From: a virus
Strand: one strand, 5' to 3'
IMG/VR virus record: IMGVR_UViG_3300045996_000259
Location: 1 to 16,795 of that record
Length of the DNA stretch: 16,795 bases
The notes beneath the pieces are model-generated. The model saw nothing but the letters and a program-made list of their open reading frames with translations, had not been told where the DNA came from and searched no databases. The position numbers were made by a program, and so were the translations under genes. Below are positions 14,660 through 16,795 of this stretch, piece by piece; position 1 is the stretch's first letter, and every line of letters begins with the position of its first letter.

Positions 14660-14866
14660 CTAGGGCCTCTTGCCTCTGGCGCGATGTTCCTCAAGCGCAC
14701 GTGCCGCTTCGTCGAACGTACCGCCGTCGCACGTCACCTTCCCGCAATGGCAGCGGGAGTAGTAGGTACCCGGCACCCACGCCTCCGGCCGGGCACGGTC
14801 GTAGGTGTCGGTGAGGACCGCCGTGGTGTCTGGGCCTTCGTAGTTGCACAAGTAGGACATGGCCAT
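14660..14866 (-). CDS. Small Cys-containing protein of unknown function (68 aa)
   Basis: A strong ribosome-binding site (AAGAGGAGAAcaccATG) directly follows the fibre gene stop. Contains the RCHCGKVTCDG motif. Confidence 0.5.
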   Translation of the reverse strand: MAMSYLCNYEGPDTTAVLTDTYDRARPEAWVPGTYYSRCHCGKVTCDGGTFDEAARALEEHRARGKRP

Positions 14867-14878
14867 GGTGTTCTCCTC

Positions 14879-15505
14879 TTAGTCGCGCAACCACGTGCCG
14901 TTGAACAGCGGTTGGTCGCCCAAACTCGCCACCGACGTGTTAAGCGCGCCGCCGCTGCTCTGGAACGTCTGTGCGCGGAGCACGTCATTTAGCGCGCACT
15001 GGACATACTTGGTGGGGGTCGCCGCGGATGCGATGCCGGCCGCCGAGACTATGGTTTCGATCTTTGACGTGCCCTTGATCGTGTTCGCGTCGGCCGTGCC
15101 GTTCATCGTGAGTCGGCACGCCCGGATACCCGTGGCGTTGAGTGCGTGGCTGGACTTGGCACCGGTCGAGAACAGGCCCGGCTGATTGATCACAACGGTG
15201 TCACCACTGGCCGGGTGCATGTTCCCGGTGTCCGCGTCTTCCTCGGTCCAGTTCAACGTTGTCCATGTGATATTCGGGATGCTCTGCGCGGTGCCGCGCG
15301 ACAGGTCCCAGACGGGGCCGCCCGTGAACACCACCCACGCGGATCCGGTGTAGCGCCACAGCCGTGTGTCGGTGGTGTTGAACACGAGCTGGCCTGCGAA
15401 CGGTGCCCCGATGTCCGATGTGGACGACACCACGGGAACGCTCGACTCGTTGAGCTTCTGCGCGGTGAGCGTGGTCCCCGCCGTGAACTGCTGTGTGAGG
15501 GACAT
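14879..15505 (-). CDS. Minor tail protein, fibre / receptor-binding-like (208 aa)
   Basis: The opening LTAQKLNESSVPVV...FAGQLVFNTTDTRLWRYTGSAWV is typical of actinophage fibre N-termini, and the C-terminal half looks beta-rich. ATG 15505 lies 2 nt after the upstream stop. The ORF-track start at 15703 is an Arg-rich run-in. Confidence 0.55.
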   Translation of the reverse strand: MSLTQQFTAGTTLTAQKLNESSVPVVSSTSDIGAPFAGQLVFNTTDTRLWRYTGSAWVVFTGGPVWDLSRGTAQSIPNITWTTLNWTEEDADTGNMHPASGDTVVINQPGLFSTGAKSSHALNATGIRACRLTMNGTADANTIKGTSKIETIVSAAGIASAATPTKYVQCALNDVLRAQTFQSSGGALNTSVASLGDQPLFNGTWLRD

Positions 15506-15507
15506 GG

Positions 15508-16795
15508 CTAGGTTCCGATCTTCGGTCGCAGGTAGTACGGCCGGTACAGCGCAACGGCGGTACCGGAGGTCTGGGCCTTGACGACGCCGTTCACCGAACG
15601 GGTCACGGTGAGGGTCTGCGGGGAGCTGGTGCCAGTGACCGCAGTGACGGTCATCCGCTCCCCGCCTACGGTGATGTCGAACGGCACGTTGGCGCCACCC
15701 CACAGGCCGTTGGTAGTGGCCACTGAGAGGCTCGTAGCCGTACTAGTGGCCCCCGACGCCAGTACGGCGTTGTCGGAGTCCACGCGCATTGCCGCAGAGC
15801 CAGTCAGCTGGCGGTACGGGTCGGCCGGCACCGTCGTGTACGTCATGGTGTGAAGCGACTCGTTGAACGTCTCGGTGTAGCCGATCACCCGAAGGTCCAC
15901 CGGGTCATAGATCCCCAGCACTTCCAGGTCGGTGATCTGGAAGGTGGCGCCCGGGTCTGAGAGGTTGTTCATGGTGTTGGACGCGTCAAGGTCTGCCAGC
16001 TTGTGCAGGTAGCGGGTCACCGACGGGAACCGGGGACCTGACCAGGTCCCGCGGGCAAGCAGGAACGCTGCGAGGTCCGATCCCTCGGACAGCGACGCAC
16101 GCAGGTTCGTGTCAACCTTCGTGCTGTACAACCCAACCTGGTCGACAGACAGGTCACCGGTCAGCTTCGTGGCGAACTGATCGTTACCGTCCACATTGGC
16201 CACCGTCACGTCGTTGATGGTGTAACGGTCGTCTTCCACGTGCTCGGTCTCGGGCACAATCTCCGTGAGCGGGATAGTCATCGTCGGAGTGGAGTAGTTC
16301 TGCGACGCGACAGGGTGTAGGCGCAGTTCTGCCGCCTCGCGAGACTCGATCAGCAGACCTGAACACGTAGCCGTCATCTCGGAGGCGTGCTCTAGGAACG
16401 TCTTGTCGTACTGGGTTCCCATCTGCGGCCCTTGACCGCTGATGTTGTTGACCGCCACGCCAACCTCGCTCGCCAGGCGGTACCACCGCGTGCCCACCTG
16501 TTCGATGCCGCCCGTTCGGTAGCCCCCGGCAGCGTTGCGGAACGCAGACATGCCAGTACTTCCCGACTGACCGAGGGCGGCGAACACCGAACCGACCGCT
16601 ACCGGATCGGTGCCGGTACCGGTGGCAGTAATGGTGATGGAGCGAACCTCGGAGAGCCGCGGCGCAGTCGCGCCGTTGGTCGAGGTCGAGTCCAGGCCCA
16701 GCCCGAACCGGGCGATCGAGAGCCGACCAGCGGTACCAGCCCCGTCGACTGCCTGTCGCAGCATGATCAGCAGGGGGCTAGACGTCCATGCGCCA
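15508..16795 (-). CDS. C-terminal part of the 700-aa Dit-like minor tail protein (same gene as 1..942)
   Basis: The ORF is open to the window end. RVIGYTETFNESLHTMTYTT resembles a Dit core. The C-terminal FDITVGGERMTVTAVTG...LTVTRSVNGVVKAQTSGTAVALY motif recurs in actinophage minor tail proteins. Confidence 0.65.
   Translation of the reverse strand, partial: GAWTSSPLLIMLRQAVDGAGTAGRLSIARFGLGLDSTSTNGATAPRLSEVRSITITATGTGTDPVAVGSVFAALGQSGSTGMSAFRNAAGGYRTGGIEQVGTRWYRLASEVGVAVNNISGQGPQMGTQYDKTFLEHASEMTATCSGLLIESREAAELRLHPVASQNYSTPTMTIPLTEIVPETEHVEDDRYTINDVTVANVDGNDQFATKLTGDLSVDQVGLYSTKVDTNLRASLSEGSDLAAFLLARGTWSGPRFPSVTRYLHKLADLDASNTMNNLSDPGATFQITDLEVLGIYDPVDLRVIGYTETFNESLHTMTYTTVPADPYRQLTGSAAMRVDSDNAVLASGATSTATSLSVATTNGLWGGANVPFDITVGGERMTVTAVTGTSSPQTLTVTRSVNGVVKAQTSGTAVALYRPYYLRPKIGT
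16669..16795. repeat. Terminal direct repeat, copy 2 (identical to 1-127)
   Basis: Exact 127-bp identity with the window start. Confidence 0.95.

Overview
High-GC, actinobacterial-type DNA. This is a closed element, not a chromosomal slice. Bases 1-127 are identical to 16669-16795, so the unit length is 16,668 bp, either circular or terminally redundant.

It reads as a complete, very compact temperate siphovirus-like genome of about 26 genes, nearly all on the minus strand and tightly packed with ATGA/GTGA start-stop overlaps. In transcription order on the minus strand the genes are:
- HNH endonuclease, small terminase and large terminase
- one 972-codon ORF carrying portal, prohead protease, scaffold-like and HK97-fold capsid segments
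- head-tail adaptor, neck/terminator-like protein and major tail protein
- tail assembly chaperone with a shifted-frame extension
- HK97 gp10-like protein and a 504-aa tape measure
- a 700-aa Dit-like tail protein that crosses the window junction, and a 208-aa fibre/receptor-binding-like protein
- three small proteins where the lysis cassette would normally sit
- a mixed-orientation small-gene region with an excisionase-type HTH
- a Xer-like tyrosine integrase, two small proteins and a winged-helix initiator-like protein

The main points of interest are:
- the portal-protease-capsid single ORF
- no recognisable endolysin or tail lysin anywhere
- an ori-like repeat, palindrome and AT-rich patch inside the initiator-like gene
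- a chaperone extension in the +1 frame
- a phased TGTCG motif array in the divergent regulatory region

All protein calls come from motif recognition by eye. No database search was run.
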